From assembly GCA_965200575.1 (NCBI GenBank), contig OZ241363.1:1616827-1680826 (forward strand): a DNA stretch of 64,000 nt. Reading direction: 5' to 3'. The position numbers were made by a program, and so were the translations under genes. Under the pieces are notes generated by a model. That model made no database searches and had not been told where the DNA came from. It worked only from the letters and a program-made list of their open reading frames with translations. Shown piece by piece: positions 9,832-18,687 of the stretch. Position 1 is the stretch's first letter; the number at the start of each line of letters is the position of its first letter. The DNA comes from Thermoanaerobaculia bacterium. GTDB lineage: Bacteria; Acidobacteriota; Thermoanaerobaculia; Multivoradales; Multivoraceae.

Positions 9832-11253
9832 TCAGCCGAAGAGGCGACCCATGTAGCCCGGACCCTGAGTCAGGACGTACCAGGCCATGAACGCGGTCAG
9901 GAAGACGGTCACCCCGACCATGGCGCCCCACCACAGCCAGCCGCGCGCGCCCGACGGCGTGTCGTCGCCCAGGTAGCCCCGCCGTCGCTGCAGGACGACG
10001 AAGCCGAAGTAGGCAGCGGGCAGGAACAGCCCGCAGACGATGTTCGTCGGCACCGCCAGCCACACCGCGATGTCGCCCCAGAACACCGGGCCCAGGACGC
10101 CGGGCGCCGGCAGAAGCATGGCCAGGCGGTGCCTGCGGCCGCCGAACCGCCAGCCGAACAGCTCGCACGCCACGAAGCCCGTTGCCAGCATGTGCAGCGT
10201 GATCGTGGACAGCGCCATGCCGAGCACGCCGAGGTCGAAGACCACACGGCCGACGGCCGGTCCGGCGACCGCGGCCAGCGACTGCGCCGCCTGGACCGGC
10301 CCCAGCCGCGTGCCGTCGTAGGCCGGGTCGAGGTGGATGGTGTTCGCCGCGGCGATCAGCATCAGGCTGGCGGCAAGCACGTAGGGCAGGAAGGTGCCGG
10401 TCCACAGGTCGAATCGCGCCAGCGAGCGGTGCTCGCGAGACCAGCCGCGGGCCAGCAGGGAGTACGGATAGAGGAACACCATGTTGATGCCGACCGCAGC
10501 CGACAGGCCGCTCAGGATGACCGTCACGCCCAGCACGCCGCTTCGCTCGCCGGGCACGGCGAAGCCGACGAAGCCGCGCAGCAGCGCCCCCCAGTCCGAG
10601 ATGCCGGTGCGGAAGACGACCCAGGCAAAGCAGAAGACGATGCCCCACACCATGTACCGCAGCAGGCGTTCGTAGACGCGGACGAGCTCCGGCTTCCGCC
10701 CGTAGAGCGACGACACGAGGATCGCCCAGCCCAGGACCACGAAGCCGAGCAGCGACGGCGGCAGACCCTCCAGGCCGACCGCATCGCCCAGATCCACGAG
10801 CACGGCGGACGCCAGCGCGTACTGGGGGAAGTGCCAGACGATCGAGGCAATCAACGCTCCGAGAGCCCAGCTCCAGGCGAGCGGCGCGCCCGCGAATCGA
10901 CGCATGGCATCGAACGGGCGCTGGCCGGTGGACAGCGTCTGGTGAGCGACCGCGGACAGCATGACCAGGCCCAGCAGCATCGCCAGCGGGGCCACCCACA
11001 GCAGCTGGTAGCCGAACACCGCCCCGGCGAACAGGGCGGAGGCCGCCGTGCCGCTGCCGAGCGTCATGGCGCTCTGCATGTAGCCCGGGCCGACCAGCCC
11101 GGCGAAGGCGCGCCAGCGCGCAGGCCGCGAGGCCTCCTCCAGCTCCCGAAGGCGCTGTCGTTCCGCCGCCAGGGCCGCCGAGTCCGGCGGATGCGCCATC
11201 CTCAGACCGACGCGCAGGTCGTCCCGGTCGGCGGTGGACACCTTGTCGGGCAT
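9832..11253 (-). CDS. Nramp-family divalent metal cation transporter
   Basis: GPGYMQSAMTLGSGTAASALFAGAVFGYQLLWV is the Nramp N-terminal signature, and the protein has about 11 TM segments. An alternative start is ATG 11199. Confidence 0.85.
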   Translation of the reverse strand: MPDKVSTADRDDLRVGLRMAHPPDSAALAAERQRLRELEEASRPARWRAFAGLVGPGYMQSAMTLGSGTAASALFAGAVFGYQLLWVAPLAMLLGLVMLSAVAHQTLSTGQRPFDAMRRFAGAPLAWSWALGALIASIVWHFPQYALASAVLVDLGDAVGLEGLPPSLLGFVVLGWAILVSSLYGRKPELVRVYERLLRYMVWGIVFCFAWVVFRTGISDWGALLRGFVGFAVPGERSGVLGVTVILSGLSAAVGINMVFLYPYSLLARGWSREHRSLARFDLWTGTFLPYVLAASLMLIAAANTIHLDPAYDGTRLGPVQAAQSLAAVAGPAVGRVVFDLGVLGMALSTITLHMLATGFVACELFGWRFGGRRHRLAMLLPAPGVLGPVFWGDIAVWLAVPTNIVCGLFLPAAYFGFVVLQRRRGYLGDDTPSGARGWLWWGAMVGVTVFLTAFMAWYVLTQGPGYMGRLFG

Positions 11254-11275
11254 GTCGGCTAGGCTACTTCACCGC

Positions 11276-13609
11276 ATGGCTCGGCGATTCGTCCAGGTCG
11301 GGGCGCTGCTCATGGCGCTCCTCGCCGCTGCCCTGCCGGCCGCGGCCCAGCGCGGCGACCGCGAAGGTCACGTCATGGACCAGGTGTGGCGACGCTTCGA
11401 GGTGCCGCAGGCGCCTCCCCTGTCCGCTGCCGAGGCGATGGCGACCCTGCGCATCGCGCCCGGATTTCGCGTCGAGCTTGTCGCGGCCGAACCGCTGGTC
11501 GAGGACCCGGTGGCGATGGCCTGGGACGAGCGCGGCCTGCTGTACGTCGTCGAGATGCGCGGCTTCATGCCGACTGTCGACGGCGAGGGCGAGCAGGAAC
11601 CCGTGGGCCGGGTGGTCGTGCTCGAGGACACGGACCGGGACGGCGCGATGGACCGCTCGGGCGTCTACCTGGACGGCCTGGTCAGCCCGCGCGCCATCGC
11701 CGCGGTGGCGGGCGGCGTGCTGATCGGCGAGCCGCCGAACCTCTGGCTCTGCCGCAGCGAAGAGGCGCCCGACGACCTGCCCCGGTGCGCCGAGAGGGAG
11801 CGCCTGGTCGACTACGGCGACCCCGACCCGGACCTGCTCGAGCACACCGAGAACGGGCTGCTCCAGGCGCTCGACAACTGGATCTACAACGCGAAGTCCG
11901 ACCGACGCTTCCGCCTGCGGCGCGCCGACGACGGCGTGTCCGTCGAGGTGGACCAGACCCTGTTCCGCGGCCAGTGGGGCATCGCCCAGGACGACATGGG
12001 CCGCCTCTACTACAACACCAACTCGCGCTACCTGTTCGCCGACCTGATTCCCGCCGACTACGCCCTGCTCGACCCGGAACATCAGCCGCGCGGCGGCGGG
12101 CACGGCGCCAGCGAGCGGCTCGTTCTGGACGAGGCGGTCCACTCCATCCGCGTCAATCCGGGCATCAACCGAGGCTACGTGAAGGGCATGCTGCGCGAGG
12201 ACGGCAGGCTCGCCGTGACCACCTCGGTGAGCGGCCTGACCATCTACCGCGGCGACCAGTTCCCGGCCACCTTCCGGGGCGACGCGTTCGTGCCGGAGCC
12301 GGCCGGCAACGTCGTGGCCCACTTCGACCTGGCCCCCGGCCCGGTCGCGAACGGCGTGCCCACCCTGGTCGCCGAGCACCGCCTCCACGGTGACCCGGAA
12401 TGGGTGCAGCGCGAGTTCCTGGCCTCCACCGACGAGCGCTTTCGCCCGGTGGACGCGAAGGTCGGCCCTGACGGCGCGCTCTACGTCATCGACATGTACC
12501 GGGGCATCCTGCAGCACGTCCGCTACGTGACCACCTACCTGCGCGAGTACATCCTGGAGCATGGCCTCGACCGTCCGCTCGGCATGGGACGTATCTGGCG
12601 GGTGGTGTGGGAAGGCAGCGGACACGATCCGGCGCCGATTCGCCGGGAGCCGCCGAACCTCGCCGCCGCCGTCGACCGCATCGCTGCCCTGGCCCATCCG
12701 AACGGCTGGCAGCGCGACACGGCCCAGCGCCTGCTGGTTGAAGGCGCACTCGAAGACGCCGACCGCGCGGCGTTGCGCGAGACGGCGCTCACGCACACGA
12801 GTTCGCTGGCGCGCACGCATGCCCTGTGGGCTCTGGAAGGCCGCGGCGAGCTCGACGGCGAGACGGCACTGGCGGCGCTGGCGGCGTCTGACCCGTGGCT
12901 GGTGGTGCACGGCCTGCGCGCCGGCGAGCAAGTGCTTTCCGCGCACCCGGACGGCAGAGGCCGGATCGTGGAGCTGCTCGACTCCCCGTCCGTGCAGGTC
13001 CGCACCCAGGCGCTCCTCAGCCTCGGCGCCCTCGCCCGTGAAGTGGACTGGGCGCGGTCCGCGCTCCGCGAGCGTGTGACTGCCAATGCCGACGATCCGT
13101 TCCATGCCCAGGTCGCGCTCGCCGCCGGCCGCGGCGACGATGCCACCGCTCCGGAAGCGCCCGTCGAGACGGCGGCGAACGAACCGCCGCCGATGACCGC
13201 CGAGGAAGCGGCCCTGTTCAATGCCGGGCGCCGCCACTACCGCGCCTGCTCGTCCTGTCACGCCGCCGACGGCCGCGGGCAGGACGGCCTGGGGCCCAGC
13301 CTCGTGGGTTCGCGGTGGGTCACGGGCTCTGCGGAACGTCTTTCGGCGATCGTCCTGCACGGCCTCGAAGGTCCCATCGAAGTCCACGGCGAAACCTGGG
13401 ACGACATGATGCCGGGCTTCGCCCCCGACCCGCGCCTCCCCGACCGCGCGATCGCCGCGCTGCTGACCTATGTCCGCCGCAGCTGGGGCAACGCCGCCAG
13501 CGCCGTGGAGGAGGCCACCGTGGCCGGCATCCGCGAGCGCACGCAGGAACGCGTCGCCCCGTGGACGGTCAGCGACCTGGAAACCGCCTTCCCCGCCGAA
13601 GGCCGCTAG
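11276..13609 (+). CDS. PVC-type heme-binding CxxCH protein: membrane-bound dehydrogenase domain plus HEAT repeats plus C-terminal cytochrome c
   Basis: The N-terminus TLRIAPGFRVELVAAEPLVEDPVAMAWDERGLLYVVEM is typical of the Planctomycete/Verrucomicrobial putative dehydrogenase domain. The C-terminus has a CSSCHAADGRG heme site and MPGF. Signal peptide is MARRFVQVGALLMALLAAALPAAAQ. In-frame starts also exist at 11234 and 11252. Confidence 0.75.
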   Translation: MARRFVQVGALLMALLAAALPAAAQRGDREGHVMDQVWRRFEVPQAPPLSAAEAMATLRIAPGFRVELVAAEPLVEDPVAMAWDERGLLYVVEMRGFMPTVDGEGEQEPVGRVVVLEDTDRDGAMDRSGVYLDGLVSPRAIAAVAGGVLIGEPPNLWLCRSEEAPDDLPRCAERERLVDYGDPDPDLLEHTENGLLQALDNWIYNAKSDRRFRLRRADDGVSVEVDQTLFRGQWGIAQDDMGRLYYNTNSRYLFADLIPADYALLDPEHQPRGGGHGASERLVLDEAVHSIRVNPGINRGYVKGMLREDGRLAVTTSVSGLTIYRGDQFPATFRGDAFVPEPAGNVVAHFDLAPGPVANGVPTLVAEHRLHGDPEWVQREFLASTDERFRPVDAKVGPDGALYVIDMYRGILQHVRYVTTYLREYILEHGLDRPLGMGRIWRVVWEGSGHDPAPIRREPPNLAAAVDRIAALAHPNGWQRDTAQRLLVEGALEDADRAALRETALTHTSSLARTHALWALEGRGELDGETALAALAASDPWLVVHGLRAGEQVLSAHPDGRGRIVELLDSPSVQVRTQALLSLGALAREVDWARSALRERVTANADDPFHAQVALAAGRGDDATAPEAPVETAANEPPPMTAEEAALFNAGRRHYRACSSCHAADGRGQDGLGPSLVGSRWVTGSAERLSAIVLHGLEGPIEVHGETWDDMMPGFAPDPRLPDRAIAALLTYVRRSWGNAASAVEEATVAGIRERTQERVAPWTVSDLETAFPAEGR

Positions 13610-13761
13610 ACAGGCCGCCATCAGGTTCCCAGGGGGCCGCAGAGGACGCGCCCTGGCCGCCAGCCGCGTCCCGGACGTCGCGCCTGGCCTTCGGCACCGA
13701 CCCCGCCAGCAGGCTGTCCGTCAACCAGCGTCCTTCGGCCGCTGGCAAGCCCGACACTCTG

Positions 13762-16700
13762 CTAGCCTGAGGCGGGCTCGGGCGCCGGGGCGCTTCTGCG
13801 GAAGTCGAGCAGAAGGTAGAGCGCCGGAATGACGACAAGGGTCAGCAGGGTCGAGGTCAGCAGGCCGCCCACGACCGTGAGCGCCATCGGGGTGCGGAGT
13901 TCGGCGCCCTCGCCGAGGCCCAGGGTCATCGGCAGCAGGCCCAGGACGGTGGTCGAGGTGGTCATCAGGATGGGGCGCAGGCGGACCAGGCAGGCCTCCT
14001 GGAGCGCCTCCCGTTTCGCCCTGCCCTCGCGGCGCAGGCGGTTCGTGTAGTCGATCAGGATGATCGCGTTGTTCACCACGATGCCGGCCAGCAGGATGCC
14101 GCCGATCAGGACCACGATGCTGACAGGCGTAGCCGTCAGGTACAGGATGCCGATGGCGCCGATGATCGAGAACGGCACCGCGAACAGAATGACGAACGGA
14201 TGCAGCAGCGACTCGAACTGCGACGCCATGACCAGGTAGACCATGAACACGGCCAGCAGGATGGCGAGCCGCATGCTGTCGAAGGAGCGGTCCATCTCCT
14301 GGCGCTGGCCGCCGACGGTGTAGTCGAAGCCGACCGGGAACCTGGTGGAGTCCAGAATGGCCTCGATGTCCTCCGACACGCTGCCAAGGTCGCGGCCAAC
14401 GATGTTCGCCTCGATCAGGGCCACCCGGGCGCCGTCGCTGCGCCGGATCTCGGCCGGGCCCTCTGTCTCGATGACCTCGGCCACCGCCGACAGCGGCAGG
14501 GGCGTGGCGCCGCTTTGGCGGATGTTGAGGTTACGCAGGTCGCGCACCGAGTCGCGATAGCGCTCGTCGGTACGCATGCGCACCTCGATGTTGCGATCCT
14601 CGCGCACGATGTCGGTCGCGATGTCGCCCTGCACCTTCGAGCGGATGATTCCGCCGAGCTCGGCGACGGTGTAGTCCAGCGCCGCCAGCCGCTCGCGATC
14701 GAAGATGATCTGCAGTTCCGGGTTGCCGCCCTCGGTGGACGCCTTCACGTCGACCAGGCCGTCGACCTGGCGCATTCGCGACGCCACCTGGTTGGCCAGC
14801 GTCTCGAGCAGCGACAGGTTGTGTCCGCGAATCTGGACCTCGACCGGGCTGCGAAAACTGAAGTACGTCGGGCGCCCGAAGCGGTACTTCAGGGACTCGT
14901 CGAGACCGCCAGGCCCGGCTGCCGCGTCGGGGGACGCGGCCGTCGCGGCCGCTCCCGCCGCGTTCGACAGCCCGGAGAACGATGCGTTCTCGGCGTCGAT
15001 CCGGTCCCGGATGAGCCTCATGACCATCTCCTCGCGCTCGGGGTCCACCGGCGGGTCAAGCCGCACGTTCACCTGGCCGATGTTCTCGCGTCGCTCACCC
15101 GCCGCGCCGCCCTGCTCGTTCGAGGTGCCCACCACGCTGTACACCGAGTTCACCCCCGGCAGATCGCGGGCGAAGGCGTCCACGCCAGCGAGTCGCCGAT
15201 CGGTGACCTCCAGCCTGCTGCCGGGCGCCAGCTCGGCATCGACGTAGAACTCGCCCTGGATGAGCTCCGGCACAAGTTCGCTGCCCAGCGAGCCGACCAG
15301 CTGGACGGCGCCGAGGAGCAGCGCGACCGCCACCAGCACCACCAGGACAGGATGGCGAAGGGCGCCCTGCAGGACGCCGGCATACACGGCGGTGATGCCG
15401 CGAAGCAGCGCATCGAACGCCGCGAGCAACGGGCGCAGGATGGTGGCCATCGTTCTCGCAACGCCGCGCACGACGGTCGCCGCCACCATCGCGAGCACCA
15501 CGCCGACCGCGTCGAAGAGCCTGCCGAACGCACGCGTGAGGACGTTGGAACGCCCCACGGACTCGACCTTCTCGACCCTGGCGCCGGCCTGAAAGAACTT
15601 GCGCGAGGCGAGCATCGGAATCACGGTCAGCGCGACGCCCAGGGACACCAGCAGGGAGAAGGTGACGGTCAGCGCCTGATCGCCGAACATCTGACCCGCC
15701 ACACCCTCCACGAACACGATGGGCACGAAGACGCACACCGTCGTGATCGTGCTGGCGATGACCGCCCGCCCCACTTCGGAAGCACCCTCACGCGCCGCCG
15801 CGACCACGCCGAGCCCCTGGTCGCGTCGGCGCTGAATCGCCTCCAGGACGACGATCGAGTTGTCCAGCAGGAGCCCGATGCCGAGCGTGATGCCGCCCAG
15901 CGACATGATGTTCAGCGACACGCCGAACACGTACATCAGGAAGAAGGTGGCGACCACCGACACCGGAATCGAGATGCCGATGATCACCGTCTTCGGCGCG
16001 CTGCGCAGGAACAGGAACAGCACCACGATCGCCAGCGAGCCGCCGATCAGGGCGGTCTCGATCACCGACGTCACCGAGTCGCGGATGTAGCGGGACTGGT
16101 CGGCGAGGACCGTCAGTTCGAGCTGCGGGTCGATCTCGCGCAGCTCCTCCTCGAGCTCGGCGACCCGGTCGAGCACCGCGGAGGCCACCGTGACCGTGTT
16201 CGTGCCGCCCTCCTTGTAGACCGCGATCTCCACCGCTTCCGAGCCGTCGATGCGGGTGATGACCTCGCGCTCCCTGGCCCCCTGATAGACGCGAGCGATG
16301 TCTTCCAGCCGCACGATGGCGCCCTGGGACCGGTCGACCACAATCTCCCGGATCTGCTCCGGGCGCAGCAGCTCGTTGATCGTGCGCACCAGGTAGTCCA
16401 CCTGCCCGTCGCGGAGCCGACCGCCGGTCAGATTCACGTTCTCCTGCGCCAGGCGGTTCAGCACCTGGTTCATCGTGAGTCCGAGCGAGTTCAGCCGCCG
16501 TTCGTCGATCTCGACCTGGATCTCTTCCTCCAGGCCGCCGCTGACCACCACCGCGGCCACGCCCTCGATCCGCTCCAGCTTGCGCTTCAGGTCCTCCTCC
16601 GCGAGCAGCCGCAGGGCGATCAGGTCGTCGTCCCCGCCGGCGAGACCCATCCTCAGGATCGGGTCGAGCGACGGGTCGTAGCGCAGCAGTACGGGCCGCT

Positions 16701-17064
16701 GCGCCTCGATCGGCAGGCGCACCTGGTCGAGCCGCTCGCGCACGTCGAGCGACGCGAAGTCCATGTTGGTGCCCCAGGAGAACTCCAGCGTGACCTCGCT
16801 GATGTCCGCCCTGGAGCTGGAGATGACCCGGTTCACGCCGTTCACCACCCCGACCGCGTCTTCGACCGGTCGCGTGATCAGGTTCTCCATCTCGACCGGG
16901 GCGGCGCCCTCGTACTCGGTCTGGACGGTGAGCGACGGATAGGTAATGTCCGGCAGCAGGTCGACCGCCAGATCTCTGAAGGCGACGCCGCCGAAGACGA
17001 CCGCCGCCAGGGCGAAGATGAAGACCGTGACCGGGCGGTCGGTGGCGAACGAGACGATGCGCAT
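13762..17064 (-). CDS. Efflux RND transporter permease subunit (second permease of the operon)
   Basis: 1100 aa with AcrB-like architecture, starting MRIVSFATDRPVTVFIF. TM4 reads GIGLLLDNSIVVLEAIQRR. Twelve TM segments and two large periplasmic loops. Confidence 0.9.
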   Translation of the reverse strand: MRIVSFATDRPVTVFIFALAAVVFGGVAFRDLAVDLLPDITYPSLTVQTEYEGAAPVEMENLITRPVEDAVGVVNGVNRVISSSRADISEVTLEFSWGTNMDFASLDVRERLDQVRLPIEAQRPVLLRYDPSLDPILRMGLAGGDDDLIALRLLAEEDLKRKLERIEGVAAVVVSGGLEEEIQVEIDERRLNSLGLTMNQVLNRLAQENVNLTGGRLRDGQVDYLVRTINELLRPEQIREIVVDRSQGAIVRLEDIARVYQGAREREVITRIDGSEAVEIAVYKEGGTNTVTVASAVLDRVAELEEELREIDPQLELTVLADQSRYIRDSVTSVIETALIGGSLAIVVLFLFLRSAPKTVIIGISIPVSVVATFFLMYVFGVSLNIMSLGGITLGIGLLLDNSIVVLEAIQRRRDQGLGVVAAAREGASEVGRAVIASTITTVCVFVPIVFVEGVAGQMFGDQALTVTFSLLVSLGVALTVIPMLASRKFFQAGARVEKVESVGRSNVLTRAFGRLFDAVGVVLAMVAATVVRGVARTMATILRPLLAAFDALLRGITAVYAGVLQGALRHPVLVVLVAVALLLGAVQLVGSLGSELVPELIQGEFYVDAELAPGSRLEVTDRRLAGVDAFARDLPGVNSVYSVVGTSNEQGGAAGERRENIGQVNVRLDPPVDPEREEMVMRLIRDRIDAENASFSGLSNAAGAAATAASPDAAAGPGGLDESLKYRFGRPTYFSFRSPVEVQIRGHNLSLLETLANQVASRMRQVDGLVDVKASTEGGNPELQIIFDRERLAALDYTVAELGGIIRSKVQGDIATDIVREDRNIEVRMRTDERYRDSVRDLRNLNIRQSGATPLPLSAVAEVIETEGPAEIRRSDGARVALIEANIVGRDLGSVSEDIEAILDSTRFPVGFDYTVGGQRQEMDRSFDSMRLAILLAVFMVYLVMASQFESLLHPFVILFAVPFSIIGAIGILYLTATPVSIVVLIGGILLAGIVVNNAIILIDYTNRLRREGRAKREALQEACLVRLRPILMTTSTTVLGLLPMTLGLGEGAELRTPMALTVVGGLLTSTLLTLVVIPALYLLLDFRRSAPAPEPASG

Positions 17065-17106
17065 GGGGAAGTACTGCCTGGGTGACCTGCGAAAGCGGCG
17101 CGGCGA

Positions 17107-18687
17107 TCAGCCGGGCGGCCGACGGCCGGGAGGTCCGCTGGCCGGTCGGCCCGGAGGAGGACCCTCGCCGCTCTTCATCCGCTCGATCGCCTGGTCGATC
17201 TGTTCCTCGCTCATGCCGCGTTCCTTCATCCGCGCCCGAATCATCTCGATGCGTTCGGGCGTCAGCTGCGAGGGGTCGAAGAAGCCGGGCGGCGGCCCGC
17301 CGCGGCCGCCGGGACCTGGACCTGGACCGGCGGCGGCAGGCGAACCGTCTGCCTCGCCCGCAGCGGAGGCGCCGGAACCTGCCGGACGGCCGACCGGCGC
17401 CCCGGCCTGCTGACCGGTGGCTGCACCGGGAGGCCGCCGGCCCGGAGGACCCCCGGGACCCGATGCGGCAAGGGCGGGCGCGGCCGATGCTGCGGATCCC
17501 GGCTCTCCTTCCCGCTCCAGCACCATCACCGGCGTCTGGTCCGAGAGGCCGTCCTGACCGATGATCACGATGTCCTCGCCCTCGGTCAGGCCGGAAACGA
17601 CCTCCAGGTCGTCGCTTTCCTCGTAGCCGATCTCGATCGCCCTGCGCCGCGCGAGCGTTCCGCCCTGGCCGTCGCTCTCGGCGACGTACACCAGGTCCGA
17701 GGTGCTCTCGAGCACCAGCGCCTGCCGGGGCACGACGATCGCGTTCTCGTGGACATCCGTCTCGACGAACACGCTGGCGAACATCCCGGGCCGCAGCTGC
17801 CCCTGGCCCTCGACTTCGAGCGTCACCTTGACCGTGCCGGTCGCCGGATCGACCACCGGACTGATGCGCAGCACCCGGGCCGGGAAGCGCCTGCCGGGGA
17901 AGGCCTCGACAGTCAGATGGGCCGGCTGGCCCAGCGCCAGGCGCGGCAGGTCCCTCTCCGGCAGCTGAATCGGACACAGCAGCGGGTCGAAGTCGGAGAT
18001 GCGGAACAGCCTCGCGTTGTTCGACACGTGCTCCGCGTTCTTGACCACGCGCTCTATGATCAAACCGTCGAACGGCGCCTCGATCACCGTGTACTCCAGC
18101 AGGATCCTGGTGCCCACGATCTGCGCGGCGGCGCTGTCGAGAGCGGATCGCGCGGCGTCGTAGGCCTCCTGGCTGATGAGTTCCTCGCGGAACGACGACT
18201 CGGCACGGTTCCAGGCGAGCTGGGCTTCGGCCAGGGCGACGCGAGCGATGCCGAGCTGCGCCTGAATCTCCGCCGCGTCGATGCGCGCCAGAACCTCGCC
18301 GGCGCGCACGTAGTCGCCCTCCTCGACGTTCAGCTCGACGATCGGACCCGTCGTCCGGGCCACGATGTCCACTTCGTTCTCGGCCTCGAGCGAGCCGTTC
18401 GTCTCCAGGTAGTCCGCGATGTCGCGGCGGCCGACGCTGGTCACCTTGACCGGAATGGCGGCAGAAGCCGAGGGGTCGCCGAAGCCCGGCATCCCGGGGA
18501 AGCCACCGGGCGGGCCGCCTCGCCCTCCGCCGGGGCGTCCGCCGCCCGGAGGACCGCCCTGCCCCCCTCTCGGGTTCTCGCCGCCGGCCTCCGCGTTCGA
18601 CTGGCCGCAGCCGACCGCGCCGATCGCGACCGCCCCGGCCAGAAGCGCGAGGCCGGCCAGCTGGCCCGCATGTCGTGTTCGTTTCAT
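17107..18687 (-). CDS. Efflux RND periplasmic adaptor (MFP) with Gly/Pro-rich N- and C-terminal extensions
   Basis: True start is ATG 18687, overlapping the RND stop (ATGA at 18684-18687). Lipoprotein-like MKRTRHAGQLAGLALLAGAVAIGAVGCG. HlyD-type core GEVLARIDAAEIQAQL...FDGLIIERVV...TGTVKVTLEV. Track ORF 17107..19299 is over-extended. Confidence 0.85.
   Translation of the reverse strand: MKRTRHAGQLAGLALLAGAVAIGAVGCGQSNAEAGGENPRGGQGGPPGGGRPGGGRGGPPGGFPGMPGFGDPSASAAIPVKVTSVGRRDIADYLETNGSLEAENEVDIVARTTGPIVELNVEEGDYVRAGEVLARIDAAEIQAQLGIARVALAEAQLAWNRAESSFREELISQEAYDAARSALDSAAAQIVGTRILLEYTVIEAPFDGLIIERVVKNAEHVSNNARLFRISDFDPLLCPIQLPERDLPRLALGQPAHLTVEAFPGRRFPARVLRISPVVDPATGTVKVTLEVEGQGQLRPGMFASVFVETDVHENAIVVPRQALVLESTSDLVYVAESDGQGGTLARRRAIEIGYEESDDLEVVSGLTEGEDIVIIGQDGLSDQTPVMVLEREGEPGSAASAAPALAASGPGGPPGRRPPGAATGQQAGAPVGRPAGSGASAAGEADGSPAAAGPGPGPGGRGGPPPGFFDPSQLTPERIEMIRARMKERGMSEEQIDQAIERMKSGEGPPPGRPASGPPGRRPPG

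Noticed and set aside
11234-11278. Head-to-head overlap of the Nramp start (CAT 11251-11253) with an in-frame start of the heme dehydrogenase (ATG 11252)
   Set aside because: This is probably an artefact of taking the longest ORFs. ATG 11276 gives a proper signal peptide for the dehydrogenase. An internal Nramp start at 11199 is also possible, which would restore a normal divergent spacer.
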